A DNA stretch of 64,000 bases from contig CAXWPJ010000002.1 in assembly GCA_963664115.2 (NCBI GenBank), positions 864,001 to 928,000 on the forward strand, given 5' to 3'. The notes beneath the pieces are model-generated. The model saw only the letters and a list, made by a program, of their open reading frames with translations. It was not told where the DNA came from and did not search any database. Shown in pieces: positions 18,954-29,132 of the stretch; the stretch's first letter is position 1, and every line of letters begins with the position of its first letter. The stretch comes from Terriglobia bacterium (GTDB taxonomy: Bacteria > Acidobacteriota > Terriglobia > 20CM-2-55-15). Made by a program: the position numbers and the translations under genes.

Positions 18954-19487
18954 ATGTCTCGAATGTCGTTTTCCTCGACTGTCATTCCCATTCTGGTGTC
19001 GGTCATTCTTACCACAGTGTCTTTTGTCGTGGCGTCTGCTCCCGCACATGCCCAGGCCCTGATGCAACGAAATATCTCGGCGGCCCAAGCGATGGCCGTC
19101 GTTGAGGGAGTGCTCGCGTCGTGCGGGCGTGACGGCACTCTGGTCGTCGTTACAGTTGCGGTCGTCGATCGTGGGGGCCAGCCTCGCTTGATGCTCGCTG
19201 GCGATACGGCCTCGCCTCACAATCTCGATCTGGCCCGGCGCAAGGCCTATACGGCGCGCACCTTCCGGCGGCCGTCCCTGGAATGGGCAGCTCGGACGGC
19301 CGGTGATTCTACCCGAGCCGGCCAGCGTGAACTGGCGGACGTGATTCCCCTGGGCGGTGGCGTGCCGATCATGATCGGTGAGGAACCCATCGGTGCGGTC
19401 GGCGTGTCTGGTGCGGTCGGCGGTCAGCCTGCCGACGAAGCCTGCGCCATGGCCGGTGTGGCGGCAATCGCCGATCAATTGCAGTAG
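18954..19487 (+). CDS. GlcG/HbpS family heme-binding protein, secreted
   Basis: VAVVDRGG, ARRKAYTA, GGGVPI...GAVGVSGA; signal peptide; GGAGG SD. Confidence 0.88.
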   Translation: MSRMSFSSTVIPILVSVILTTVSFVVASAPAHAQALMQRNISAAQAMAVVEGVLASCGRDGTLVVVTVAVVDRGGQPRLMLAGDTASPHNLDLARRKAYTARTFRRPSLEWAARTAGDSTRAGQRELADVIPLGGGVPIMIGEEPIGAVGVSGAVGGQPADEACAMAGVAAIADQLQ

Positions 19488-19711
19488 GGCTGTGGCCCGA
19501 GCCATTCCGGGTGAAGCCAAGAATGTCAGTTGAGGCAGGCATGGAAGGCACTCCGGGTTCGTTTGCCACACACTACCAGGACACGTGATGTACGGTGACA
19601 GCCCGGAGCGATTGATTCTTCCCGGTCAAGCGGTCCCACAAGGACTGCCGCTCATAATCCTGGTGACCGGTGTCGTTCGGTTATCGACGAAGACTCTCCT
19701 GACGTTCGTCT

Positions 19712-19819
19712 GTTTGGGCTATTGAAGAGGTCGTTTCGTTGCTCAAAGCAACTGAAGTTCCAAAAAAGCGACGAAGGTACAAGAACCGTGCTAGTTAGAT
19801 TTCGAAAGACGCCAGTACC
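19712..19819 (+). mobile_element. Probable 3-prime remnant of an IS1-family transposase plus terminal IR
   Basis: Reads VWAIEEVVSLL...PKKRRRYKNRAS*, followed by ATTTCGAAAGACGCCAGTACC, resembling IS1-like C-termini and ...TACC ends (recalled). Confidence 0.4.
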
Positions 19820-19958
19820 CCCGGGCGGGTGGCGACATAGTCCTGCGATGCACCCCCGGACTCGAGCTTTTCGAGCGTGGGGAGCAAGGTAAGGCGGGCG
19901 ATTTTCAGAGCCGGTGGACTTTGTCTGGGCAGGAACAGACCTGAACAGCTGGGGCCCC

Positions 19959-22118
19959 TCACTTCGCCAGAGGGTTCGGGCGCAGTCGAAATTGCACGAT
20001 ACCGGCCCGCGTTCCCTGTCCGGTTTCTGCAAGCCAGGAAGCCCGTGTTCCGTTCACCGCCCACAGCCCGCGTCCCTTCCAACCCGCCTCCGGATCGTCA
20101 ATCCGACCGTCGAGACCCCGCGGGTTGAATCCGTTCAGAGGGTATGGAACCTGTAACGTGATCCACTCTCCTGTATCGGGCCGTAGGACCTGGATCGAGT
20201 CTGACGCGGAACCCGCCGCGAACTGCGTGTTTTCTCCGAGACCGAAAACATTTTTCTGGTCCGACCAGTTGTAGTAAAAAAAATCTGCTTTACCGGTTGC
20301 ATCCCCTTTGAGTCTGGGGCCTGGCGCGGGATATAGCGTCCAGCCTTCGGGGCAGTGTCGCCCCGCCGCCGCCGCCTCGCCAGTCAGCACGTTGCACTTG
20401 TTCCGGTCGAAGCTGGCGAGGTGACCACTCACCAGAGCTGTCCAGATCAGTCCGTTCGTGTCGGCATCGATGCCACGAGGGAAATAGCTGTGTTTTTCTG
20501 GGGCGCTGGGCTCGTCAAAAGGAAGTTCATAGACTTCTGCGGTGCAGGACTCCGGTACATCCTTATCACGAATGTTGAAGCGGAATATCTTCCCTGGAAT
20601 TCCGGGTGCTGCAGCCCAAATCGTCCCGTCTACCGGATTTTCAATGACGCTGTAGAGGCTCCCCCGGAGTTTCACATCAACGCTGGGATCGGTTCGCCCA
20701 TCACCGTTGATGTCAAAGTAAGCCTGGCACCAACCTTGGGCCTGCTGGGAGTCACCTGTTTCGTCCAGAAGTCGCGTGTTGATCCAACCGATCGTGGCGT
20801 CCTGATCACCGAGACCATTGAAATAGGCTGTGTTGTCTGCGTCATCGGCGAATCGAACGTGATGGGTGCGGAAACAAGTACCGATGGGCGTGATTGTTTC
20901 CGTGTCAGGGTCATAGTATGCGGCGTGCCGGGTGCTGGCTTCGAGAGGGAAGAGCTGAGCGAATGCGTTATCGGAGCCTTCACGACACCATGCGGGATTC
21001 TGCCTGCCGCGAACGGCAGTGGCCATCCAAACCCTTCCGTTCTGATCCAGCATAAGGTTGTTTGGGTTCTGGTGGTCCGCGAAAAGCACTTCGTCGCCCC
21101 AATAGGGTGAAGGCGTATCCATCTCCAGGGGCGTGAAGGTTCTCATTTCGCTTGTGTCCACGAGCGTCGGAATCGTCATCGATTCCCAGGTATGTTCATT
21201 GGGGTCGAGGATTACGAGTGTGCCATGGTGGAAATCAACCCCATAAACCATTCCCTGACCGTTCACCTGAGGATTCCGTTTGTCGGTCGTGGCGATGTCG
21301 TGCATGAACGGCGTCTCGGTTGAGACTTCCCACATCGAGAGCACCACGTTCCGTTCCAGTCCCTGCGGTCGCGGTGGGATGGGCGGGAGCTCACCCCCTG
21401 CGATTCGGTCCGTCCAGTCCGAAAACATCTTTAACCCCAACTCCCGGCCAAAACCATCGAACTGCCCCCCCATTCGTGAACCGATCTGCCCCGATCTGAC
21501 GCGCCTGTCCCATGCAGCCAGGGACGTTTCATGCTCCGCAAGCAACTGAGGCGAAAGCTTGCGGATGCTGGCAGCGCCCAGGGCGTGACAGGTGTTGCAC
21601 TGTTTGACGGCCGAAACCCATTCGGCCTAGTTCTCATGCTCACCCAGCGGGAACGTGTATTCTGGAGGAACCTGGATCAGGGAAAACCAATAGTGGGGTG
21701 GATAGTACTCAGCCGCAGCTTGAGGGTCCGGTGCCAGTACCGCGGTCAGTGCTAATGTCTCACCGGGCCTTGCCTCGACCGGTTCCGAATCCACGAGTCC
21801 GTATCCACGCACCCAGATCCTGTAAGTTGCGTCTGGCAGATCTGGAAGCAGATACCGTCCTTGATCGTCGGTGACCACGATCTCCCGGAACAACGTCTCT
21901 AGATCCGTCGTTTCAGCGATGACCCAAACACCGGCCTCGGGTCCCGTCGCTCCCAGGACGCCGCCGCCAACATCATCCGCGTCAATCCCGACCTCAGACC
22001 CAAGCTGGGAGGAGATACTCCATCGCGGGATCAACCCGACGCAAGCCATCACGACCAGACACGGTAGCGCTTTCTTCAGCCACCCAACCCTTCCCTGTAA
22101 GCCGTTCTTCATGATCAC
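19959..22118 (-). pseudogene. Carboxypeptidase-regulatory-like/CxxCH secreted protein interrupted by a single in-frame TAG
   Basis: ORFs 21627..22118 and 19959..21545 are in the same frame. Read-through gives EHEN*AEWVSAVKQCNTCH; the paralog at 1..864 has SQAEW...CMACH. Confidence 0.85.
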
Positions 22119-22204
22119 GTGTCCTCAAGCAGCGGTTTCGGGTGCGGATTGACCGTCCGACCGCCGAATAAAAATCGTCATGAAATACTTTTGAGAAATG
22201 CGGG

Positions 22205-23050
22205 CTAAGGATCCACGCCAAGGCTTCCAGGAAGCAAGAATCGGGTATTGTGATCATCCACTTCGTTCATCGGTGCGCAGATCGATTCCCAGACGCCAGA
22301 GAACAACCCCGACCATCCAAAGAACGTCACGTCCTCGGGAGGCATTCGCGAGAAGGTCTTGCGGTTACCCACCCAGGGTGCGGTATACAGTGCCGGATCA
22401 TGAAGCGTCAGTTGAACCTCCAGCGTATCGGCGTCGATCCGCTCCCATCGCTCTTCGATCCGTGTTTGCAAACTCACAGGATGACCCTGACCATCGAGCC
22501 ACGCTCTATCGTCAAGACCCACTGTATTGACGACAAGGATCTCTCCTTCCCATTCGGCAACGGAGTGCCCGTACCAAGCCGGCCCAAGATTGTCGAGGTT
22601 CTCGCCTGTAGGGAGATCGCGTCCGTCCAGCCAGACTTCGCGCAGGACCCGTTCCCACTGAAACAGTTGCAGTATCCTCCCCTCAAGGTGGGCGAATTCA
22701 AAGGGGTAGGTGCCGGTGTAAAGGATCCGTGGAAAACCACTCGGATTGCACCGGTATTTCGGGTCGTTCGAATACACCGGCAAAGGGACGTCACCGGTGC
22801 CCACACGCCCGCTCATTTTTTCAATACCTTCCCTCGTCAGGGGTGGCATACCCGGTGACGGGCCTATCCCCCCACCGCCTCCAGTCCTGACCCAGAGTCC
22901 GGACAGATCATGTGTGTCGCTTTGTATCGCAGCTGTTTCACGAGGCGCGGGTTCGGTTTTCGAAAGCGGGACGGCTCTCCCAAACCCTGCCGACAAAAAG
23001 AATAGCGCGGCCCCTACGGCAGTCATTGAGCTTGTCGAACGAATTCGCAT
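22205..23050 (-). CDS. Secreted conserved hypothetical protein (DUF6152-partner family)
   Basis: DLSGLW, CNPSGFPR, WYGHSVAEWEG, WLDGQGHP, DPALYTAPW. Paralogs at 24760 and 53680. Confidence 0.8.
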   Translation of the reverse strand: MRIRSTSSMTAVGAALFFLSAGFGRAVPLSKTEPAPRETAAIQSDTHDLSGLWVRTGGGGGIGPSPGMPPLTREGIEKMSGRVGTGDVPLPVYSNDPKYRCNPSGFPRILYTGTYPFEFAHLEGRILQLFQWERVLREVWLDGRDLPTGENLDNLGPAWYGHSVAEWEGEILVVNTVGLDDRAWLDGQGHPVSLQTRIEERWERIDADTLEVQLTLHDPALYTAPWVGNRKTFSRMPPEDVTFFGWSGLFSGVWESICAPMNEVDDHNTRFLLPGSLGVDP

Positions 23051-23148
23051 CTTTGAAGCTCCTTGTCCGATCCGACCTCACCGCACTCATCCGGTTTCTG
23101 GATCGCGGTTCGTGAGATCACGAGTGGGTGTTCTTTGAACCGTCTGAA

Positions 23149-23550
23149 CTAATCGACGGGGTTTTCCCCGCTGCGGCGGGACATTATTTCTGTGCCGTCT
23201 TCAAGAATAACGACCACCACAATGCCCAAAGGCGCGCCTGCAGCCGAGGGATTCACGATTGCGGTTATGTCCTGTCCTATCTTCAGCGTATTCCTGTTGT
23301 AGCCCTCACGGGCCAGCGTGCTGACGCTGGCGTTTTCGAATCCCCAGGTGACCACTTCACCGTTATCGCCCACCACGTCCATATAGATGACGACGTGCGG
23401 ATTGCGCCAACCCACTTCCGACACCCTTCCCGTCAAGGTGACCTCGTGCTGCATGTCAAACATCTGCCCCCTGCCGTGATGCGCGAACAGCGGAGGGGAG
23501 CTGATCAACAGCACCCACAGCAACATACATAATGGAAGCGCTCTCTTCAT
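23149..23550 (-). CDS. DUF6152 family protein
   Basis: Signal peptide ending LFA-HHG, then FD...LTGRV...WRNPH...WGFE. Confidence 0.8.
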   Translation of the reverse strand: MKRALPLCMLLWVLLISSPPLFAHHGRGQMFDMQHEVTLTGRVSEVGWRNPHVVIYMDVVGDNGEVVTWGFENASVSTLAREGYNRNTLKIGQDITAIVNPSAAGAPLGIVVVVILEDGTEIMSRRSGENPVD

Positions 23551-23600
23551 GGGAACCTCCTGATCTTAAAGTTTCAGTACCTTTTCATTTCTCTACCGGC

Positions 23601-24548
23601 TCACCGGTACCAGGACCTCAAGCGAACCTCCACGTCTTCGCTACTGAGAGCATCTACAAATTCCTGGAGATCCTGACTGATGTAATGATATGGGTACACG
23701 GTGGCCGGTCCAAAAGCTTTGACACATTCGGCCGACGCCGGGGCAGTCATCGTGGAGAACGGATCCGCGGGCAGGAAAGCGATGTCAATATCCTGGAGCT
23801 GCCTGATTTCAGGGACGCATTCGGTATCTCCCGACACGAAAACCCGGGTATCTGCAAATGTCAGGACATATCCGTTCCCGCGACCACGGGGATGCATGAG
23901 CCGGGCTTGCGGACCGGTCTGCAGGTTGTAAGCCGCAACGGCTTCGATTCCGATATCAATTCCCTGAAGATCCACCCTTATCGAGTCGCCGTTCGCCAGG
24001 ACCTGAACGTCTTCGATCGTGGCTGCTTCATTCTCCCGTCGATCGATCACGACGGCATTTCCTCCCGCGGCGCCGGCCGCTATCCTGCGGGCCACTGCCT
24101 CAGGCGCCACGATTACTGTAGCTTCCTTATAAAGATCGGCCACCGTCAATGGCCCGAAGTGATCGCCGTGAGTATCGGTGATCAGGATCAGGTCCGCCTT
24201 TCTCATCCCGGAATAATCACCCGTCGGATCCACGTGGATCGTCCTGCCGCAGAACTCCAGCATCAGGCTGGCGTGGATGATAGGCGTAATCGTCAATACC
24301 CCTGTTGAAGTCGTCACCGCGTCCGACTCCGTCGGGTTATGCGTAGTGGTTTGAGCGCTCCCTGTGACCCGACTCGGCGCTGCCATAGCCACCAGATCCC
24401 TGTCCGAAAACGTGGCGTCGCACAGCGGTGCCTGCCCAGGTGCCGGCATCGCCGACAGGTCGGAAGCCGAGAGCAATACGCTTAAGAACGCTCCCCACAT
24501 AAAAAACGTCCTAAGAGACGACAGGCTACTTTTCAAATTAGCTTCCAT
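23601..24548 (-). CDS. Secreted MBL-fold metallo-hydrolase
   Basis: HASL, VDP, TDTHGDH, GNGYVL, SGDTE, YPYHY. Confidence 0.8.
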   Translation of the reverse strand: MEANLKSSLSSLRTFFMWGAFLSVLLSASDLSAMPAPGQAPLCDATFSDRDLVAMAAPSRVTGSAQTTTHNPTESDAVTTSTGVLTITPIIHASLMLEFCGRTIHVDPTGDYSGMRKADLILITDTHGDHFGPLTVADLYKEATVIVAPEAVARRIAAGAAGGNAVVIDRRENEAATIEDVQVLANGDSIRVDLQGIDIGIEAVAAYNLQTGPQARLMHPRGRGNGYVLTFADTRVFVSGDTECVPEIRQLQDIDIAFLPADPFSTMTAPASAECVKAFGPATVYPYHYISQDLQEFVDALSSEDVEVRLRSWYR

Positions 24549-24759
24549 TGGTTTTCTCCTGCGTTCGCCTACTATACATCCCATCCACTATGAAAGAGCG
24601 ATAAGGGAAACGGCTCCACGCTCACGAATCCCGGCATCGCCGACTTATGGCGGCGACCAGGGGGGACCGACCGAAGGACCCTACCCTTAAATGCCAAGAT
24701 GTGCTGTGAAACGCCAAGAAATGCCCGCAGCTGAAGTTGGAGAACGTGGAACAGCGAAA

Positions 24760-25638
24760 CTAAGGATCCACACCAAAGCTTCCAGGCACCATGAATCGGG
24801 TGGTGTGATCGTCCACCTCGTTCATCGGTGCGCAGATTGATTCCCAAACACCGGAAAACAAACCATACCATCCAAAAAAGGTCGCGTCTTCGCGCGACAT
24901 TCGCGTGTAGGTTTTGCGGTCACCCACCCACGGCGCGGTATACATTGTCGAATCATGAAGGGTCAACTGAACCTCGAGGGTATCGGCGTCAATCCGATCC
25001 CATCGCTCTTCGATCCGTGTTTGCAAACTCAAAGGATGACCCTGACCATCGAGCCACGCTCTATCATCCAGGCCAACCGTGTTGACGACAAGGGTGTCGC
25101 CTTCCCACTCGGCAACGGAGTGTCCATACCATGCCGGCCCAAGATTATCGAGGTTCTCACCTGAGGGCAGGTCGCGCCCGTCCATCCAGACTTCACGCAG
25201 GACCCGCTCCCACTGAAACAGTTGCAACAGCCTCCCCTCGAGCCCGGCGAATTCGAATGGGTAGGCACTGGTGTAGAGGATCCGGGGAAAGCCACTCGGA
25301 TTGCACTTAAACTTCGGATCGTTTGAAAACACCGGCAGGGGGAGATCGTTTGTTCCCACACGCCCGCCCATTTTTGCCACGCCCTCTGGGGTCAGGGGAG
25401 GCATACTCGCTGCCGGGCCGATCCAATCCGTGCGGAAACGCCCTCGAACCGCGGCAGTAGCGTCCGGGTCGGTCCTTACCCAGAGTCCAGTCAAATCGTG
25501 CGGATCAAATTGTTGTGCAAGGGCTTCCGGACCCGCGGATTCCTTTTCTGAAAGCGACATGGCCTCCCCGAACCCTGCCAACAAAAAGAACAGCGCAGCG
25601 AATACGGGAGCGATTGAGCTTGTAGAACGAATTTGCAT
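24760..25638 (-). CDS. Secreted conserved hypothetical protein, close paralog of 22205..23050
   Basis: Long identical peptide blocks (CNPSGFPRILYT, GENLDNLGPAWYGHSVAEWEG, GLFSGVWESICAPMNEVDDH). Confidence 0.8.
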   Translation of the reverse strand: MQIRSTSSIAPVFAALFFLLAGFGEAMSLSEKESAGPEALAQQFDPHDLTGLWVRTDPDATAAVRGRFRTDWIGPAASMPPLTPEGVAKMGGRVGTNDLPLPVFSNDPKFKCNPSGFPRILYTSAYPFEFAGLEGRLLQLFQWERVLREVWMDGRDLPSGENLDNLGPAWYGHSVAEWEGDTLVVNTVGLDDRAWLDGQGHPLSLQTRIEERWDRIDADTLEVQLTLHDSTMYTAPWVGDRKTYTRMSREDATFFGWYGLFSGVWESICAPMNEVDDHTTRFMVPGSFGVDP

Positions 25639-25789
25639 TATTGAAGCTCCTTACCCGATCCGATTGTCAGGACTCATCCGGTTCGAGGATCGCGGATCGT
25701 GTTCTTTGAAATGCCTGGTCTCGCCGAAAGGGTTTTCAACTTTCACTCTGGGGATCAATCGGGAGTTGAGCTCGCACAAGCGGGGAAGC

Positions 25790-27559
25790 CTATCCCGCTG
25801 GCACCCCTTCCTGGAGTTCCTCAAACCAGTTCCCGATGACGTTGATCTGGTCTGCCTGTGCCTCGATGTCTGAGCTTGTGGCGTCCTGGATCATCACAAA
25901 TCGCTCACCGTCTGGGGCCGGGTTGTAGGAAGCAACGTTCCCTGTGCTGGGTCGGAAACGGTCTTCAAATAGACGCCTCGGAGTGCCCGCGCTGAAGTCG
26001 GGATCTGTCTCGATGTTCACCGCCATCAACTGGTTGTCATTCATGTAAAACAATTCCCGTCCGTTTTGTGCCCAGATGGGGCCACCACCACCTTCGGTCG
26101 AGATCTGCCATTTGTTCCCGGGGCCGGGAAACGGCCGCACAAAGATTTCGTTGGAGCCAGTCTCGTTTGAGACATACGCCAGCCAGCCCCCGTCAGGCGA
26201 AAAGTTCGGCGCTGCTTCATTGAATGGCGTTTGAAGGATGGGGCGGGGTTCCCGATTGCCATCCAGTGGCATGACCCAGAGGTCACGATCCCCCGATCCG
26301 CCGACGCCGGGAATTTGATAAAAGGCCAGAAGCTGGCCGTCTCGTGACCAGGATGAGGGGTTCTGCTGCGTGAAGTCTCCCCGTGTCAACTGCTCCTCAG
26401 CGCCGCTCCCGTCCGCCCTTGTCCAGAACATGTTCCCGGTGCCTTCCCGTATTGATCGATAGCTTGCGTATTGTCCGTCCGACGACCAGATCGGTAGATT
26501 CGCCCTCGCCCCAAGAGTCACGCGGTCAAGTTCCCGCCGGTCTATATCGAACAACCAGAGGTCATCACCAATGCGGACGAGCACGCTGTTCCCATTCGGC
26601 GACACGCGGGGAAATGAGTAATTACGCGCCGGTGTTCCGAGCGGTTCCACGTTCCCCTGTCGGTCCACCCAGACAAGCGTGTTTCCACCCCCTACCCGAC
26701 CTGGAACAAACGCCAGTGCTCCGGAGTCTGATACTGCGTATTGCGGCGGTCCTGGCCGCACACCGTCGACGATCACCACGGGAGCTCCCGCAACTTCCAT
26801 GGTGATCAGATCGAACGCCACCGCGAACAGCACATCATCGACGGCATAGACAATGTGTCCGGTGGAGACATACCGGGGGCCTGTGCCTGGGAACAAGAGC
26901 TTCCTGTCCCCGGATTCGAGCGATTGGATCGCAACCTGTCCTGCATCCGCGTCGCCCACATGAAAAAGCACCGATTCTCCATCGGGCAGAATCTGGGGGT
27001 TTATAAGGTCGCTCTCCCCCCCGATCAGCACCTCCGGAGTACCGCCATTCACGGAAACTCTCATGATGCCCTCGCCCTGCCCCCACACGATCGTGTCATC
27101 GCTTCCCCAAACCGGAGCACCGAAATAAGGCTCCTCTGCACCCGAGATCGTCACAGAGGTGCCACCGCTGACGGCAATCTTCTTGAGCTGGCGATCAATT
27201 CCAGACCAATAGCCGATCCAGTCACCATCCGGCGAGAAAAATGGGACCCTCGGAAGGTCGTCCGTTCCCGAAATCGGGTTTGACCCGACACCATCCGTCG
27301 TTTTGAGGTACAGCTGTTGATTGGCGACGTACACGATTCTGGAACCGTCAGGAGAGAGGGCCACAACGGGACGGTCTGTGAACGTGAACCCCTGTCCTTC
27401 GGGCAGCACATGTTCAAAGAGGACGGGAGCAAGAGGCGCGTCTTGATTCTGGGTGCAGCCTGCGACACCGGTGATGATGGCGAGAACGACAGCCGCAAGC
27501 CGCCACACGCCGGATTGGCGGGAAGAAATCTCGTAGTAGGCACGTTTGTGTTTAATCAT
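25790..27559 (-). CDS. TolB-like (PD40) beta-propeller lipoprotein
   Basis: Lipobox VAGC; repeated SPDG/SRDG/SSDG blades; YVSNETG..EIFVRPFPG..WQIS; WFEEL end. Confidence 0.75.
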   Translation of the reverse strand: MIKHKRAYYEISSRQSGVWRLAAVVLAIITGVAGCTQNQDAPLAPVLFEHVLPEGQGFTFTDRPVVALSPDGSRIVYVANQQLYLKTTDGVGSNPISGTDDLPRVPFFSPDGDWIGYWSGIDRQLKKIAVSGGTSVTISGAEEPYFGAPVWGSDDTIVWGQGEGIMRVSVNGGTPEVLIGGESDLINPQILPDGESVLFHVGDADAGQVAIQSLESGDRKLLFPGTGPRYVSTGHIVYAVDDVLFAVAFDLITMEVAGAPVVIVDGVRPGPPQYAVSDSGALAFVPGRVGGGNTLVWVDRQGNVEPLGTPARNYSFPRVSPNGNSVLVRIGDDLWLFDIDRRELDRVTLGARANLPIWSSDGQYASYRSIREGTGNMFWTRADGSGAEEQLTRGDFTQQNPSSWSRDGQLLAFYQIPGVGGSGDRDLWVMPLDGNREPRPILQTPFNEAAPNFSPDGGWLAYVSNETGSNEIFVRPFPGPGNKWQISTEGGGGPIWAQNGRELFYMNDNQLMAVNIETDPDFSAGTPRRLFEDRFRPSTGNVASYNPAPDGERFVMIQDATSSDIEAQADQINVIGNWFEELQEGVPAG

Positions 27560-27721
27560 GATTCGTAGCTTCCGCAGGTGTGGTCTATGACCGCACAGCT
27601 TCTGCTATTTTTGCGCTCACGCCCGAGAGGACCCGTCGAGCGCCGGTAGGCTCCATGCTAATAAATAGCCGCACCGGCGCAGTTGGGGAAAATTTACAGT
27701 GAGTTGTAGGGGTCGCAGGAA

Positions 27722-28114
27722 CTAGTCCCACTGCCTCTCGACACCGTGGCCGCGTTCCGTGTCACCGTGCATGGGCGTCACGAAGCCCAGGAGACAGCCG
27801 GGGGAACCGTCCCTGAGTTTATGACATCGCACTCGGACCGCATCACCCGAACGGAGGTCCTCGCGGCCGACTCCGCCTTCCAAGATCCCGTTAGGACCAC
27901 CGGCTTCCAGAGCCCACACTGTGGTCTCCCCTTCATCGTTCTCCATCTCCATATAGATCCAGGAATGCGGGTTGATCAAGTGTATTTCCTGAATGGTGCC
28001 CTCATAAGTAGTCCACGCCGACTGGTCGTAGGCGTTGTGGGAATGGTGTGCCGCAGCAGGTACGGCCAAGATCATGGCGCCGATCGCTATCCGGCTTAAG
28101 CATTTGAGCTGCAT
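27722..28114 (-). CDS. DUF6152 family protein
   Basis: AAA-HHS, LINPH, WALE; GAGGTGAGG upstream of ATG 28114. Confidence 0.8.
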   Translation of the reverse strand: MQLKCLSRIAIGAMILAVPAAAHHSHNAYDQSAWTTYEGTIQEIHLINPHSWIYMEMENDEGETTVWALEAGGPNGILEGGVGREDLRSGDAVRVRCHKLRDGSPGCLLGFVTPMHGDTERGHGVERQWD

Positions 28115-28202
28115 CCTCACCTCATATGTGTTCGAAATCATGGTTTAAACATCATCCTAAAGAATCAAGCATCATATCGCTGTCGAGTCTCCCGGCCGAC
28201 CC

Positions 28203-28847
28203 TTATCGGGCACGTGGGGGTGCGGGAAATCCGTTGGTGTATGGGGACTCGTATCGAACTCCATTGCCCTCCTCATCAATGAATCCCAGGGATTGCTGGA
28301 ACAGCATCGGCGGGGCTGAACCCGCGGGCACGGTGCCCTCCAGGATATAGAGACGGTCTTCGTGCATATTGATCGAAGCGTAGGTTCGGGACCCATCGGT
28401 GTTGGTGAGCTGCAACGCTTGTCCTTCAACGCGGTCCGCCTGATAGTACGACAAATGCGTAACCTCGCCATCCCTTTGAAAAAAAGGCCAGGTCACATAG
28501 ACGATCGCGGCCCGCAAATCAGTGCTCCAGCGGTTGACGCAAAGGTCCCCATCGCCTCCCTCAGCCCGGCATTTTGCGGCTCGCTCGGCATGCTTCGCTT
28601 CGAGGTCGGTGTAATCGATCACGGTGATCGAGTAGCGAGTCGAGCCATTCTCGTGGCTATAAACGCGGCCCGGCAAGGAGATGGAATACTCCGATTCGAA
28701 GGTGATATCGCGCACTTCCGGTTCACCCGGAAAATTGACGGTGAAGAAGTCCTGCTGATTGACATACCCCGTCCAGCTCTGCGCGAAGGAAGAGTAGGGC
28801 ATTAGCAGGCTGAACGCCACCGCGATGATTGGAATCAGGCGCGTCAT
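28203..28847 (-). CDS. Secreted conserved hypothetical protein
   Basis: AGGAGG SD, signal peptide (SFA-Q), FTVNFPGEP, two Cys. Confidence 0.7.
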   Translation of the reverse strand: MTRLIPIIAVAFSLLMPYSSFAQSWTGYVNQQDFFTVNFPGEPEVRDITFESEYSISLPGRVYSHENGSTRYSITVIDYTDLEAKHAERAAKCRAEGGDGDLCVNRWSTDLRAAIVYVTWPFFQRDGEVTHLSYYQADRVEGQALQLTNTDGSRTYASINMHEDRLYILEGTVPAGSAPPMLFQQSLGFIDEEGNGVRYESPYTNGFPAPPRAR

Positions 28848-29132
28848 TGCTATCCTCCTGGTGATTCTCCCAAAATCGATATCCGTCATGATAACGGAGC
28901 TCTGGTTTGTTTGGCTTTCCAGCTAACACGCCCATGTTATACCGACAATTCCATTGCAGTCAGCTTTTTCTGGCACTCAAAATCTCGAGGTGCGGCATGA
29001 GACATCGATGTTGAAAAGTCCAGTGGGCTCAATTGTCTGACGGACGCGCTTGTGCGTGTATCCGGCATCACAGTCGAAGCACCTGGGAGTGTTTCGCTTG
29101 AACCCTGCGTTGATTCGTAACAGAATACGGCC

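Noticed and set aside
21627-21629. Pyrrolysine or genome-wide amber recoding
   Set aside because: TAG terminates several conserved genes here (nirD, trpS) and the position aligns with Gln, one transition from CAG.
24602-24690. REP-like element with TAAGGG/CCCTTA ends
   Set aside because: Only a 6-bp inverted match and a single copy in the window.
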